Source: Diplonema japonicum (taxonomy: Eukaryota > Protista > Euglenozoa: Diplonemea). From it: a stretch of DNA of 64,000 bases. Shown here in pieces: positions 46,186 to 57,073 of this stretch. How positions within the stretch are numbered: position 1 is the stretch's first letter; each line of letters starts with the position of its first letter. Under the pieces are notes generated by a model. That model did not search any database and was not told the origin of the DNA. It saw only the letters and a list, made by a program, of their open reading frames with translations. The DNA lies in NCBI GenBank assembly GCA_964019335.1, contig OZ025751.1, forward strand, positions 237,279 through 301,278. The letters run 5' to 3'. The position numbers and the translations under genes were made by a program.

Positions 46186-47953
46186 TTGAGAGAAACCGAG
46201 CTCATCAAAAAATTAAAAAAAAGAAGAAGAAGAAGAAAACATTTTTTGCGCTATCCTAGTCTCTTTCTCTTTCCTCTTCCCCCCCTTTTTTTTTGCAAGA
46301 ACGAGTCTTTGAGTTGTCTAAACAAAAGGGGAACGTTGGCAACGTGTTTATGGGTTGACCCGGCACGTACAAACAACGGCTAGTTCCTCTTTTTCAAGGC
46401 TGTCAAACTGGCTGGTGAAAACGCGAAAAAGAAAAAAAAAAAGAAAATCGAAAATCGAAAATATCTGGCTTTCCTTCTCTAAATCTTTAGAGGCTGTCCT
46501 CAAGTGGGGTGGTCTTACTCAGTGTTTTTACTATATTATTTTTACTTTTTATTTGGGATCTATCTACCCCCCTTTTTTTTTAAAACCTGTTTGCTCTAAT
46601 CTCTCGTTTCTTTTGCCTCTGTCTGTGTGGTTCTTCGTTTTATTCCCTTTTATCCCCTCTTCTCTCTCTCTCTCTCCCCCCCCCCCCCCCCCCCCCGTTT
46701 TACCTTGCTCACTCGTTTTCTCTTCTGTTGGATTTAAAAAAAAAAAAACACGTTTTGTTGTTTTGTTTTTTTTTTCTTCCTACCGAGAAGAGCATTGGGA
46801 AAAAAAATAAAAAAGGAAAGAAAAAAAAAAAGAAGTAACTGGCACCCCTTTGGTCGTTGTTTTGACTCTAGGTGAGCCAACTCCCTTTACCTTCCCAAAT
46901 AACTATTAATTTAGTGGAAAAAAAATGTAAAATCCTATGATTTCACGCGTGTTGGCAGTGGTTTTGAGGAGTGAGGTAATTACTTCACTTTACCGCTTCG
47001 CTCGTGAAATAATGACGGTTAACTCCCACACACCAAAATTTTTCTGGAGTTAAAAAAAAAAAAATCGCTCAAATACCGTAACACCCCCCTTTTTTTTACA
47101 GGCGTCCTGCCACACACCGCAGGTACCCTTAAATGTCTCTCTTTTTTTTTTGTTACAAATATTTATCTTTCAAAAAATGATTTTATAACTATATGCAACT
47201 TGTGCCGAGCAAAAAATTTTCTCAGCTTTTTAAAAACCTTTTTTTGCTCGTGCGCAACAAAGACATATAGTCATAAAGAATTATTTTTTTTTTCCAAGGC
47301 TGTAAGACTAGCTGGTGAACACGAAACCGAAATGTCTGGTTTTCTCTCTCTAAATTTTTAGAGGCTGTCCTCAAGCAGGATTGCCTTAGTTTTTGTTTTC
47401 CTTATTTTTTTTTTTTTTCTGAAAAATAAGGAAATGGAAACATTTCTCGTTTTTCTGCCAACATGGCTGCCGCCCCCCCTGCTCCTCCTCTTGCTCACTC
47501 AATAATCCCCATACACGCCTTTCTTGTTTTCAAAGGCAGTCCTCCTGTGGCGTGTCCTTTCCTTACTCTTTCACTCTTTCACTTGCATCCCCCCCCCCCC
47601 CCCCCCCCCAATTGCCCCCCTACTTTTACTTTTAGGAGGTACAAAAGAAGAAGAAAAAAAAAACCGAGAGCACGATTCAGTTGCATTTACAAAGGAAACT
47701 CCAAACTATTATCCCAAGGGTCTTACACGATTCTCAAGATGTTTTTTTTTTTTTTTAAACAACACCGGCCTGGTGATTTTTTCTACAGTAGGGAGGGAAA
47801 ATTGGGGGAAAAAAAAGAAAAAAAAAAAAAAAGACCAAACTTCTTTCGTTTCCTTTTTCCATTTCCCCCCCCCCCTTCTTTTTTCATTTTCTTTCTAGTC
47901 CACCTTGTCACAACTGCATCAACAAAAAGTTTTTTAAAAAAAAGAAAAAATAC

Positions 47954-49570
47954 ATGAGGGCCTTACTCGCGATTCTTGCGCTGGGAGCCGTGCTTGCCTC
48001 TGTGGAGGGGGTCTGTGTGGACAAAACCCTTTCCAATGGGACGGTGTGGCACGACCAGAAGCGCTCCAGGCGCACCTGTGCCTGGTACGCGAAGAAGAGT
48101 GAACGAAGGTGCAGGAACGGTCACAAGAACAGGAACGAGTTGGTGGCGAACGAGGCGTGCTGCGTGTGCGGCGGGGGGAAGACCTCAAACGAGACCGATG
48201 TGCCGGCGACGCCAAGCCCCCCCACCGGGTGCGGGCCGCGTGTGAGGAAGGGGTGGTCCATGCTGTCGTGCACGGAGAGGGAGCACTTCATCGAGGCAGT
48301 GCGGACGCTGCACTCGGAGAATACCACAGACTACCACGACCTGTCGCAGCTGCACAGGAACAACGGAAGGTACGCGCACGGGACTTCTGCCTTCCTCCCC
48401 TGGCACCGCTGGTTCCTGGTCGGCTACGAGAACGCCCTGCGCTCCCTCCCTGGGTTCGAGTGCATGACGGTCCCGTACTGGGACTGGGAGAGGGACGACG
48501 CGGAGGAGCGCTTCAGCACAACCTTCAGGGCGAAGACCTTCGGAACGAGGAGCGGTGTGGGGGGCTGGCCCGACAACTGCGTGACGGAGGGAGTGGCGGC
48601 GGGGTGGACGGCATCGGACGGGGATTGCCTTTCCAGGAACTGGGGCGGGGCTGGGTTCACAGGGGCGATGGAGATCTCGGCGATCATCACCTCGAACGCG
48701 GCCTTCCGGAACTTCCGTCCCGTCTTGGAGGGGAACCCGCACGCCGCCCCGCACATCTACGTCAGCGGCCACATGGGGTCGTACCTGAGCCCCGACGACC
48801 CGCTCTTCTTCGTGCACCACGCGAACGTGGACAGGATATGGGCCCTGTGGCAGGACTACCACGGCTACGATGAGGTCCCGAAGGACGCCCTCAACGAGAC
48901 CATCTACTTCTCCGCTTCGTCCGCTGAGGACATGAGCCTGGAGGGGACGCTGCCCTTCACCGTGGACGGGAGCAGGATCCCCACCTTCTTCAAGGACCAC
49001 CCCGCCACCATCCGCGACATGCACAGCATCACAGACCTCCCATACGGTGCGAGCTACACCTACGGCACGGACACCCTTGCGGACCTCATCGGGAGCCCCT
49101 TGAGGGGGAGCTGGGACCTCGTTGTTCCCGGGACGGCCCCGAAGCTGACGTGCTGCGGGGACGGGACGGTGGACACTGCGGAGATGGGGGGTGCCGAGGA
49201 GTGCGACGACGGGAACACTGTTGATGGGGACGGCTGTTCCTCCACCTGTGTGAGCGAGGGGGGAGCTTCCAGGGAGGGGGCTGTTCTCAACAACAAGGAC
49301 AACAACAAGAACAACAAGGAGGGCAATTCCCGCGCAGCGTTCAAGGAGCACTTCCTCTCAGACAAGAACCTCGAGTTGATGTTCGACGAGGCAGACGCGA
49401 CGAGGGAGAAGGAGGGGGAGAGCAAGTCTGATATGTTTAAAGACCTTGCGCAAGAGGAATGCCACAGACACTCCACCGGCCAGGACCAGATCCCCGACTC
49501 TTTCATCTCCATGATGAGGGCACCGGTCTCCGCACGTGGTCTGTACAAGCCTTGCGGTTCCTTGGAGTAG
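47954..49570 (+). CDS. Secreted tyrosinase (type-3 copper) with an N-terminal Cys-rich module and a Myxococcus-type Cys-rich repeat, copy 1
   Basis: Signal peptide. CuA: SQLH, AHG, FLPWHR. PYWDW. CuB: PHAAPH...DPLFFVHHANVDRIW. Cys-rich repeat CGDG...EECDDGNTVDGDGCSSTC. Confidence 0.92.
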   Translation: MRALLAILALGAVLASVEGVCVDKTLSNGTVWHDQKRSRRTCAWYAKKSERRCRNGHKNRNELVANEACCVCGGGKTSNETDVPATPSPPTGCGPRVRKGWSMLSCTEREHFIEAVRTLHSENTTDYHDLSQLHRNNGRYAHGTSAFLPWHRWFLVGYENALRSLPGFECMTVPYWDWERDDAEERFSTTFRAKTFGTRSGVGGWPDNCVTEGVAAGWTASDGDCLSRNWGGAGFTGAMEISAIITSNAAFRNFRPVLEGNPHAAPHIYVSGHMGSYLSPDDPLFFVHHANVDRIWALWQDYHGYDEVPKDALNETIYFSASSAEDMSLEGTLPFTVDGSRIPTFFKDHPATIRDMHSITDLPYGASYTYGTDTLADLIGSPLRGSWDLVVPGTAPKLTCCGDGTVDTAEMGGAEECDDGNTVDGDGCSSTCVSEGGASREGAVLNNKDNNKNNKEGNSRAAFKEHFLSDKNLELMFDEADATREKEGESKSDMFKDLAQEECHRHSTGQDQIPDSFISMMRAPVSARGLYKPCGSLE

Positions 49571-50911
49571 AGAGGCACAAAGAAAACAATCACCCCCAAA
49601 AAAAAGAAGGAAAATAAAAATATCCTAATTCCTAGTGCACTTTGGGTCGAGTAGAGAAAAAAAAAAAGGGAGGGGAACTCATTTGCAGTTTATTATTATT
49701 ATTATTCTCAAGCTTTATTCTCTATACTTGTTGCAAAAGAAATGCTGCATTAAATCGTAAAGGTATTTTTCACCCCTCTCCCCGTTTCCCTCTCTTTTAT
49801 TATTCCTTGTGGAATGGCATGCATTGGTGTTGCGAGGCATTTTTATTCGCTAGACCGCGTATCGCTTGTTTTTTCCAAAAAAGGAGAAGAAAACAAAAAG
49901 AGAGAGAGAAAGAAAAAAAAAAAGGAAAGAAAACTTGGAGTATGGATGGTATCAATACTTCACTTTATCTCTTAAATCTTTTCGTCATGTATTTCTCTCT
50001 CTCTCTGTCTCTTTTCTTTTATTTTCTTCTTTTTTTTAAATTTATTTTTTTTTTCTTACTTCAATTCGTGTTGTAGAGTTAGGTTGGTTTTTGGGATTCC
50101 TTTCTTTTCTTCTTCTTCTTCTTTCCATTTTCCCTCGCGACTCTCTGCCCTTTTGTGCTCCGAGCATTTGCTTAAGAGGTTATGTTTCTTAGCAGTTGCG
50201 AAAGTACAGCAGAGAAAAGCGTTTGCGAAAGAAAGAAAGAAAGAAAGAAAAAAAAAAAAAGAAAGTTGACATATCCCCTTTGCTAATTGCTGCTCTACTC
50301 TTTTTTTTTCTCTTTTCTTTTTTTAAAAAAAAAAAAAATTAATGACCTTTTCATGTCATGGTGTGCATCAACTACTAACACCGCTTAACGATGAGTACAC
50401 GGGGTGAGCACGAAACCAGAAATTTCGGTTTCGTGTTCACCCCGTGATCCCTCTCTTATGGGACCCCACAGGGACCAGGCTAGCATTGTGTCACACACAT
50501 GGATAAAAAAGAAAACCGGTCCTTTTTTTTTTTTAAATTTTTTTTTCTATACACAAAGATCTAAACTGTGAGTATGAAGGGCTGCTTGTTGCGCTGGAAG
50601 GGAGGGCTCCGAGGAAGGCAATATCCCAACAACATCTCAATCTTTCATAACGTGGATGTTCTCCCTCACTCTCTCGTTTTTTTTGCCTTCTGCAGGACTT
50701 CAGAAATACAGTTATCTTCTTCTTTTTAATTCTTTACTTGTTGTTTTTTTTTTTTATATATCACTCTTTCCTTTGCTTCATATTGTAGAGGTCAGAGTGA
50801 AGAATAAAATTCCTCCCTTTTTCTTCTTCTTTTTTCTTTTCTTTTTGTTCCCTCTTCTTCTTCTTCATACATGGTTGTTCCCACCACCAACACCACCACC
50901 AGGTTTTTGCC

Positions 50912-50949
<38 letters not shown>

Positions 50950-53008
50950 AAAGACAAAAAAAAAAGACAAAAGATGCATACTTCGGTGCTTCTAGCGCTA
51001 ATCCTGAGCCTAGCGGGTGGGGCAGCAGCAGCGGAAAAGTGCACCGACCTGCGGCTCTCCGGCGGAGGGATCTGGGTGGACAAGCCTTACGAGACTGGTT
51101 GTGACTGGTACGGTGCTGTGGCGCAGCGCTGCGGGTGGTACGGCTCTCGCTACCGGAACGAACACGTGGCGAACGAGGCGTGCTGCGTGTGCGGCGGGGG
51201 GAAGACCTCAAACGAGACCGATGTGCCGGCGACGCCAAGCCCCCCCACCGATGCGCCGGCGACGCCCAGCCCCCCCACCGGGTGCGGGCCGCGTGTGAGG
51301 AAGGGGTGGTCCATGCTGTCGTGCACGGAGAGGGAGCACTTCATCGAGGCAGTGCGGACGCTGCACTCGGAGAATACCACAGACTACCACGACTTGTCGC
51401 AGCTGCACAGGAACAACGGAAGGTACGCGCACGGGACTTCTGCCTTCCTCCCCTGGCACCGCTGGTTCCTGGTCGGCTACGAGAACGCCCTGCGCTCCCT
51501 CCCCGGGTTCGAGTGCATGACGGTCCCGTACTGGGACTGGGAGAGGGACGACGCGGAGGAGCGCTTCAGCACAACCTTCAGGGCGAAGACCTTCGGAACG
51601 AGGAGCGGTGTGGGGGGCTGGCCCGACAACTGCGTGACGGAGGGAGTGGCGGCGGGGTGGACGGCATCGGACGGGGATTGCCTTTCCAGGAACTGGGGCG
51701 GGGCTGGGTTCACAGGGGCGATGGAGATCTCGGCGATCATCACCTCGAACGCGGCCTTCCGGAACTTCCGTCCCGTCTTGGAGGGGAACCCGCACGCCGC
51801 CCCGCACATCTACGTCAGCGGCCACATGGGGTCGTACCTGAGCCCCGACGACCCGCTCTTCTTCGTGCACCACGCGAACGTGGACAGGATATGGGCCCTG
51901 TGGCAGGACTACCACGGCTACGATGAGGTCCCGAAGGACGCCCTCAACGAGACCATCTACTTCTCCGCTTCGTCCGCTGAGGACATGAGCCTGGAGGGGA
52001 CGCTGCCCTTCACCGTGGACGGGAGCAGGATCCCCACCTTCTTCAAGGACCACCCTGCCACCATCCGCGACATGCACAGCATCACAGACCTCCCATACGG
52101 TGCGAGCTACACCTACGGCACGGACACCCTTGCGGACCTCATCGGGAGCCCCTTGAGGGGGAGCTGGGACCTCGTTGTTCCCGGGACGGCCCCGAAGCTG
52201 ACGTGCTGCGGGGACGGGACGGTGGACACTGCGGAGATGGGGGGTGCCGAGGAGTGCGACGACGGGAACACTGTTGACGGGGACGGCTGTTCCTCCACCT
52301 GTGTGAGCGAGGGGGGAGCTTCCAGGGAGGGGGCTGTTCTCAACAACAAGGACAACAACAAGAACAACAAGGAGGGCAATTCCCGCGCAGCGTTCAAGGA
52401 GCACTTCCTCTCAGACAAGAACCTCGAGTTGATGTTCGACGAGGCAGACGCGACGAGGGAGAAGGAGGGGGAGAGCAAGTCTGATATGTTTAAAGACCTT
52501 GCGCAAGAGGAATGCCACAGACACTCCACCGGCCAGGACCAGATCCCCGACTCTTTCATCTCCATGATGAGGGCACCGGTCTCCGCACGTGGTCTGTACA
52601 AGCCTTGCGGTTCCTTGAAGTAGAGAGAGGCACAAAGAAAAAAAATCAATCCGCTTTTCTTTCTTGCGGGAGTTTTTTATTTTATTTTTTCCCCTACTAA
52701 AAAATCTGTTTTTTCAAAAAAAAAAAAAAAAAAGAGAACGTATCTTAATTCCTTGTGCATTTTGGGCCGAGTGGAGAAAAAAAAGGGGGAAGAAGGAAAA
52801 AAAAGCACAAAAAAAAAACTAATTTGCAGTTTTTTTTTGTTCTTTTTTTTTTTTATTCTCAAGCTTTATTCTCTATACTTGTTGCAAAAGAAATGCATTA
52901 AATCGTAAAGGTATTTTTCACTCCCTTTCCCCCCTTCGTTTCCCACTTTTTTTTATTATTATTCCTTGCGGAATGGTATTCAAAAAAAAAGAAAGAAAAA
53001 AAAAGAAG

Positions 53009-53041
<33 letters not shown>

Positions 53042-53970
53042 AAGGAAAGAAAGAAAACCTGGAGTACGGATCGTAACAATCCTTCAGTTTATCGCTTATC
53101 TTTTCATCATCAGGTGTTTCTCTCTCTCTCTCTCTCATTTCTTTTTCTGTTCTTTTAAATTCATTTTTTTCTTCAATTCGTGTTCATTTTTGTAGAGTTG
53201 GTTTTTGGGATTCCTTTTATTTTTTTTCTAAATATTTCCCCCCCTCGCGACTCTCTGCCCTATTGTGCTCCGAGCATTTGCTTAAGAGGTTATGTTTCTT
53301 AGCAGTTGCGAAAGTACAGCAGAGAAAAGCGTTTGCGAAAGAAAAATTGGAAAAAAAAAAAAGTTGACATATCCCTTTTGCTAATTGCTGCTCTACTCTT
53401 TTCTTTTTTTTTTTTTTTTAATGACCCCTTTTCATGTCATGGTAGCACCGCTTAGCGATGAGCTTTCCCCGTGATCCCTCTCTTATGGGACCCCACAGGG
53501 ACCAGGCTAGCATTGTGTCACACATGGATAAAAAAAAAAAAAGAAAACTGGTCTTTTTTTCTTCTTCTTTTTCCTTTCCTCCCTCTCCTTTAAATATTTA
53601 TTGCATCAACAAAGATCTAAACTGTGAGTATGAAGGGCTGCTTGTTGCGCTGGTGGGGGGAAGGGCACTGCCTCGGCTGCTCCTTCGAAGGAGGCATCTC
53701 AATCTTTCATAACGTGAATGTTCTCACTCTTCTTCTTTTTTTTTGCCTTCTGCAGGACTTCCGGGCATCTCCACAGCAGGGTAAGCCTGGATTCAGAAAT
53801 ACAGTTATCTTCTCGTCTTTTTTCTTTTAAAATTCTTTTGTTGTTTTTCTTCTTCTTCTTCTTCTTTTTTTTTTTTTTTATCATTCTTTCCTTTACTTTC
53901 ATATTGTAGAGGCGCTCAGAGTGGAAAAAAAAAAAGAGAAAAAAAAAATAAAGAAAAAAAATAAAATTCC
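49571..53970 (+). repeat. Duplicated intergenic spacer (49571-~50815 vs 52624-~53970), part of the tyrosinase tandem duplication
   Basis: Shared blocks in the same order, e.g. cgagcatttgcttaagaggttatgtttcttagcagttgcg and gggaccccacagggaccaggctagcattgtg. Confidence 0.85.
50974..52623 (+). CDS. Secreted tyrosinase, copy 2
   Basis: Same motifs. Almost identical to copy 1 from VANEACCVCGGG onward, with a different N-terminus. Confidence 0.92.
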   Translation: MHTSVLLALILSLAGGAAAAEKCTDLRLSGGGIWVDKPYETGCDWYGAVAQRCGWYGSRYRNEHVANEACCVCGGGKTSNETDVPATPSPPTDAPATPSPPTGCGPRVRKGWSMLSCTEREHFIEAVRTLHSENTTDYHDLSQLHRNNGRYAHGTSAFLPWHRWFLVGYENALRSLPGFECMTVPYWDWERDDAEERFSTTFRAKTFGTRSGVGGWPDNCVTEGVAAGWTASDGDCLSRNWGGAGFTGAMEISAIITSNAAFRNFRPVLEGNPHAAPHIYVSGHMGSYLSPDDPLFFVHHANVDRIWALWQDYHGYDEVPKDALNETIYFSASSAEDMSLEGTLPFTVDGSRIPTFFKDHPATIRDMHSITDLPYGASYTYGTDTLADLIGSPLRGSWDLVVPGTAPKLTCCGDGTVDTAEMGGAEECDDGNTVDGDGCSSTCVSEGGASREGAVLNNKDNNKNNKEGNSRAAFKEHFLSDKNLELMFDEADATREKEGESKSDMFKDLAQEECHRHSTGQDQIPDSFISMMRAPVSARGLYKPCGSLK

Positions 53971-54062
53971 TCCCATTTTTCTTTTTTTTGTTGTTGTTCA
54001 GATAAATGGTTGTTTGAATCCCCCAACAGGTTTTTTATACACACGAAAAAAAGAAAATAATA

Positions 54063-55652
54063 ATGAAGACACTAAAGATGCTTGGGTTGATGCTGCTTGC
54101 GGCAGGGGCGGCAGGGCAGTCAGTGGCAGACTGCCAACGCTGCATCAACAGGAACGAGCCTTGCTACAAATCCGGGTGGGCAGAGCCGTGCTACCCTGGC
54201 GGGGGCAGCGCGAGCGTGTGCACGTCGAACCAGGCGACGTGGTGCCCGTCGATGGGGGGCACGGTGCCGGCGCCCCCTCCGACGCCGACGCCCCCGACCC
54301 CTCCGCCCGGACCGTCGGCGCAGGCGGAGGAGGACAGCAGGATGATCGCCTACGTCGGGAACTGGCAGGCGTGCCCCACGGATGCGCAGATGAACGCCTA
54401 CACGCACGTGCTCGTGTCGTTCGCGGTGACCTACACGTGGAACCCCGGGAAGAACACCTGCAACCAGCAGTGCCAGATCTCGTCGCCCGTGCCGGTGTGC
54501 GGGAACGCCCCTCAGCCGGCGCTCGTGCAGAAGTGGAGGGCAGCGGGGAAGAAGGTGATCCTGTCCTTCGGGGGCGCCGGGATGGGGGGCTCTTGGGACG
54601 GGCTGGACGACTGCTGGGAGTACTGCTACGGGAAGGAGGACTTCGTGATCCAGCAGCTGGTGGAGATCGCGAGGGACCAGAACTTCGACGGGGTGGACAT
54701 CGACTACGAGTACTACTACGAGAACGGGCAGAGGGGGTCCTCCTTCGCGAAGGGGGCGCAGGCACAGAAGTTCCTGAGGGACGTGACGGTCGGGCTGAGG
54801 CAGAGCCTCCCCTCTGGGAGCGAGGTCTCGCACGCCCCGATGGACATCGACATGAAGCAGGGGACCGGCTACTACAACGTCATCAAGGAGGTGGCGAGCT
54901 CCATGGACTTCATCATGCCGCAGTACTACAACGGGGTGACGCGCCCCAACTCGGACGGGATCAACGGCGGGGTACACGAGTCCGCCCTGGCGCACTACAA
55001 GACTCTTGTGACGGACTGCTTCGGGAACGACCCCACGAAGGTGGTCTTCGGCTTCTGCATCAGCGACTGCGGGGGCACCGGCTCCAACAGCAACGCGCAG
55101 CAGGCCATCAGCGTGATGGAGGACCTGAACAAGGAGTACGCCTGCAACGGGGGGGCCTTCTTCTGGGTTGCCGCCCACGACGGGAACGGGGCCTGGTCCC
55201 AGGCAGTCTCCGCCACCGTCACTCCTTCCAGGGGGTGCAGCCACGGGAACAACCCCCCTCCTGCCTCCACCCCGATGCCTACTCCAATGCCGACCCCTGT
55301 GCCCACTACCGTCGCCTCCACCCCGGTTCCCACAACTGCCCGCACTCCTGCTCCTACCCCGATGCCGACCCCGATGCCTACCCCTCAGCCCGATACCACT
55401 GTTCGCACCCCTGCCCCTACTCCGATGCCTACCCCTCAGCCCACCCCCGCTCCCACTCCTCAGCCCGCTGCCTCCACACCGGTCCCCACCTCGGACGCCA
55501 GCTGTGCCCGCAGGATCGGTGCATGGGGTGGGTGCCTCTCAGACCCCAACTGCTGCGAGGCTGGGCTGTCGTGCTACCAGCAGAACCAGTGGTGGGCCAG
55601 GTGCCTGTCTGTTTGCCACTACGCACCCGAGTGCGTGAAGATCGGCAACTAG
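54063..55652 (+). CDS. Secreted GH18 chitinase with a Pro/Thr linker and C-terminal CBM1-like module
   Basis: Signal peptide, [16 protein letters not shown], catalytic FDGVDIDYE (DxDxE, 54687-54710), PQYYN, GGAFFW. Tail WGGC...CC...[11 protein letters not shown]. Confidence 0.93.
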   Translation: MKTLKMLGLMLLAAGAAGQSVADCQRCINRNEPCYKSGWAEPCYPGGGSASVCTSNQATWCPSMGGTVPAPPPTPTPPTPPPGPSAQAEEDSRMIAYVGNWQACPTDAQMNAYTHVLVSFAVTYTWNPGKNTCNQQCQISSPVPVCGNAPQPALVQKWRAAGKKVILSFGGAGMGGSWDGLDDCWEYCYGKEDFVIQQLVEIARDQNFDGVDIDYEYYYENGQRGSSFAKGAQAQKFLRDVTVGLRQSLPSGSEVSHAPMDIDMKQGTGYYNVIKEVASSMDFIMPQYYNGVTRPNSDGINGGVHESALAHYKTLVTDCFGNDPTKVVFGFCISDCGGTGSNSNAQQAISVMEDLNKEYACNGGAFFWVAAHDGNGAWSQAVSATVTPSRGCSHGNNPPPASTPMPTPMPTPVPTTVASTPVPTTARTPAPTPMPTPMPTPQPDTTVRTPAPTPMPTPQPTPAPTPQPAASTPVPTSDASCARRIGAWGGCLSDPNCCEAGLSCYQQNQWWARCLSVCHYAPECVKIGN

Positions 55653-55870
55653 GCTACACTCACGATAAATAAATACACGAGATGTGAGAAAAAGGAGGGG
55701 TTCTCTCTTATTTAAAAAAGAAGAAAAAAATATTTTTTCAATTACTACCTTTTGATTATTGAATTATTTTTGTGTCCCATTTGTGGTAAATGTTTTCTGA
55801 CCAAAGCGGCTAGGAAGAGCAGGGTGTGTAAGGTGATGACACTTGTCCCTTCCCTGAACACCACTCTTTT

Positions 55871-55913
<43 letters not shown>

Positions 55914-56360
55914 CCGAATGAACCTTTGGACCTTTGACCTCCGGTTTCAAACCTCTTCCTCTCCCTCTCTCTTTTTTTTTAAAGCAAATTCTTTTTTTTT
56001 CTTTGGTGGGTCGTAGCCAACATATTTCTCGTCCCATCATACTTTTTCTTGTTTTTTTTTTTTTTTTTTCTCTTTTTTTTCTGAGATACGTAGAGACAAA
56101 GGAGGGACGTTCCAAACAAGAACCTCTTTTATCTCATCTCTTTATTTCCTTTTTGTATCACAGGCTTCACTTTTTATAAAGGTACCTCCAAAATAATATT
56201 TTCAAAGGTCCTACACGAAGTCTATCCACCTGATACTCTTCTTCATATGACTATTTTCTTCAAGATTGATTTTTTATTTATTTACTTAGTTACTTTCTTT
56301 TGTCTGATAAATATTCCACACAGGTTTATTTTTCTATTAATTTAAACACTCTTCTTGGAA

Positions 56361-56611
56361 ATGTCACGCGCGATTGCTGCATGTGTCCTGCTGCTCGGGT
56401 CCCTCGTCGGGACGGCTGTTGCCCAGACATGCCCCCTCACCTTCGTGGGGGACGTGAAGCAGTTCGTGGTGGAGCAGGAGAACGGGACCAAAACTGCAAC
56501 AACTTCATTTACCGCATCTAGGTGATGGATGGAAGGGTCGAAGGGAAGAACAGGAGCTGCAAGCTAATTGAAGTCGTGAACCACCTCCTTCTGGAATGCA
56601 ACAATACATAA
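56361..56611 (+). pseudogene. Disrupted small secreted Cys-containing protein
   Basis: Signal peptide MSRAIAACVLLLGSLVGTAVAQ with GC-rich codons, then a frameshift near 56490 and an internal TAG in the continuing frame (CNNFIYRI*VMDG...ECNNT*). Confidence 0.5.
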
Positions 56612-57034
56612 ACTGGATAAAGCAGCGGTCGAAGTGGGCAGGGATGAGATTTTAGCATATTAAAAGCAGTTCGTGTGCATGTGGGGTTGACACATGCCCT
56701 CACAGAAGAGCCCTTTATATATACAATCATTGTTAACGTGATCCAAACTAGCTTACTAGAAAAGTGCATCTCCTCTAAAATGGAATAGAATAGCGGAAAT
56801 ATGTGGACGTTCCAAAGGTAGCTGATCCGACGTTATTGGGATTTTATCTATTTTTTTTGTCTAAAACAACTACTCACAAATGAAAACTAGTCTTTTATAC
56901 AATGGTTGGCAAATGAGGACAACCTATCAATATATCGACCTTATACGGAATTAAGGGTACTTGTAACCAAGGATGTTACAAGAAGTGTGTGGCTTTGAAG
57001 GAGAAAAGGTAGGGAACTTGAGGCATTTCCAATT

Positions 57035-57073
57035 AACCAACGATTCTAAAGCTACAGTTTCTGTACTTTATTG
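57035..57073 (+). other. Complete 39-nt spliced-leader (mini-exon) sequence at the 5' end of a retroelement relic
   Basis: AACCAACGATTCTAAAGCTACAGTTTCTGTACTTTATTG. The 3' part, CAGTTTCTGTACTTTATTG, is the conserved kinetoplastid/diplonemid SL end, and the length is 39 nt. Confidence 0.92.
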
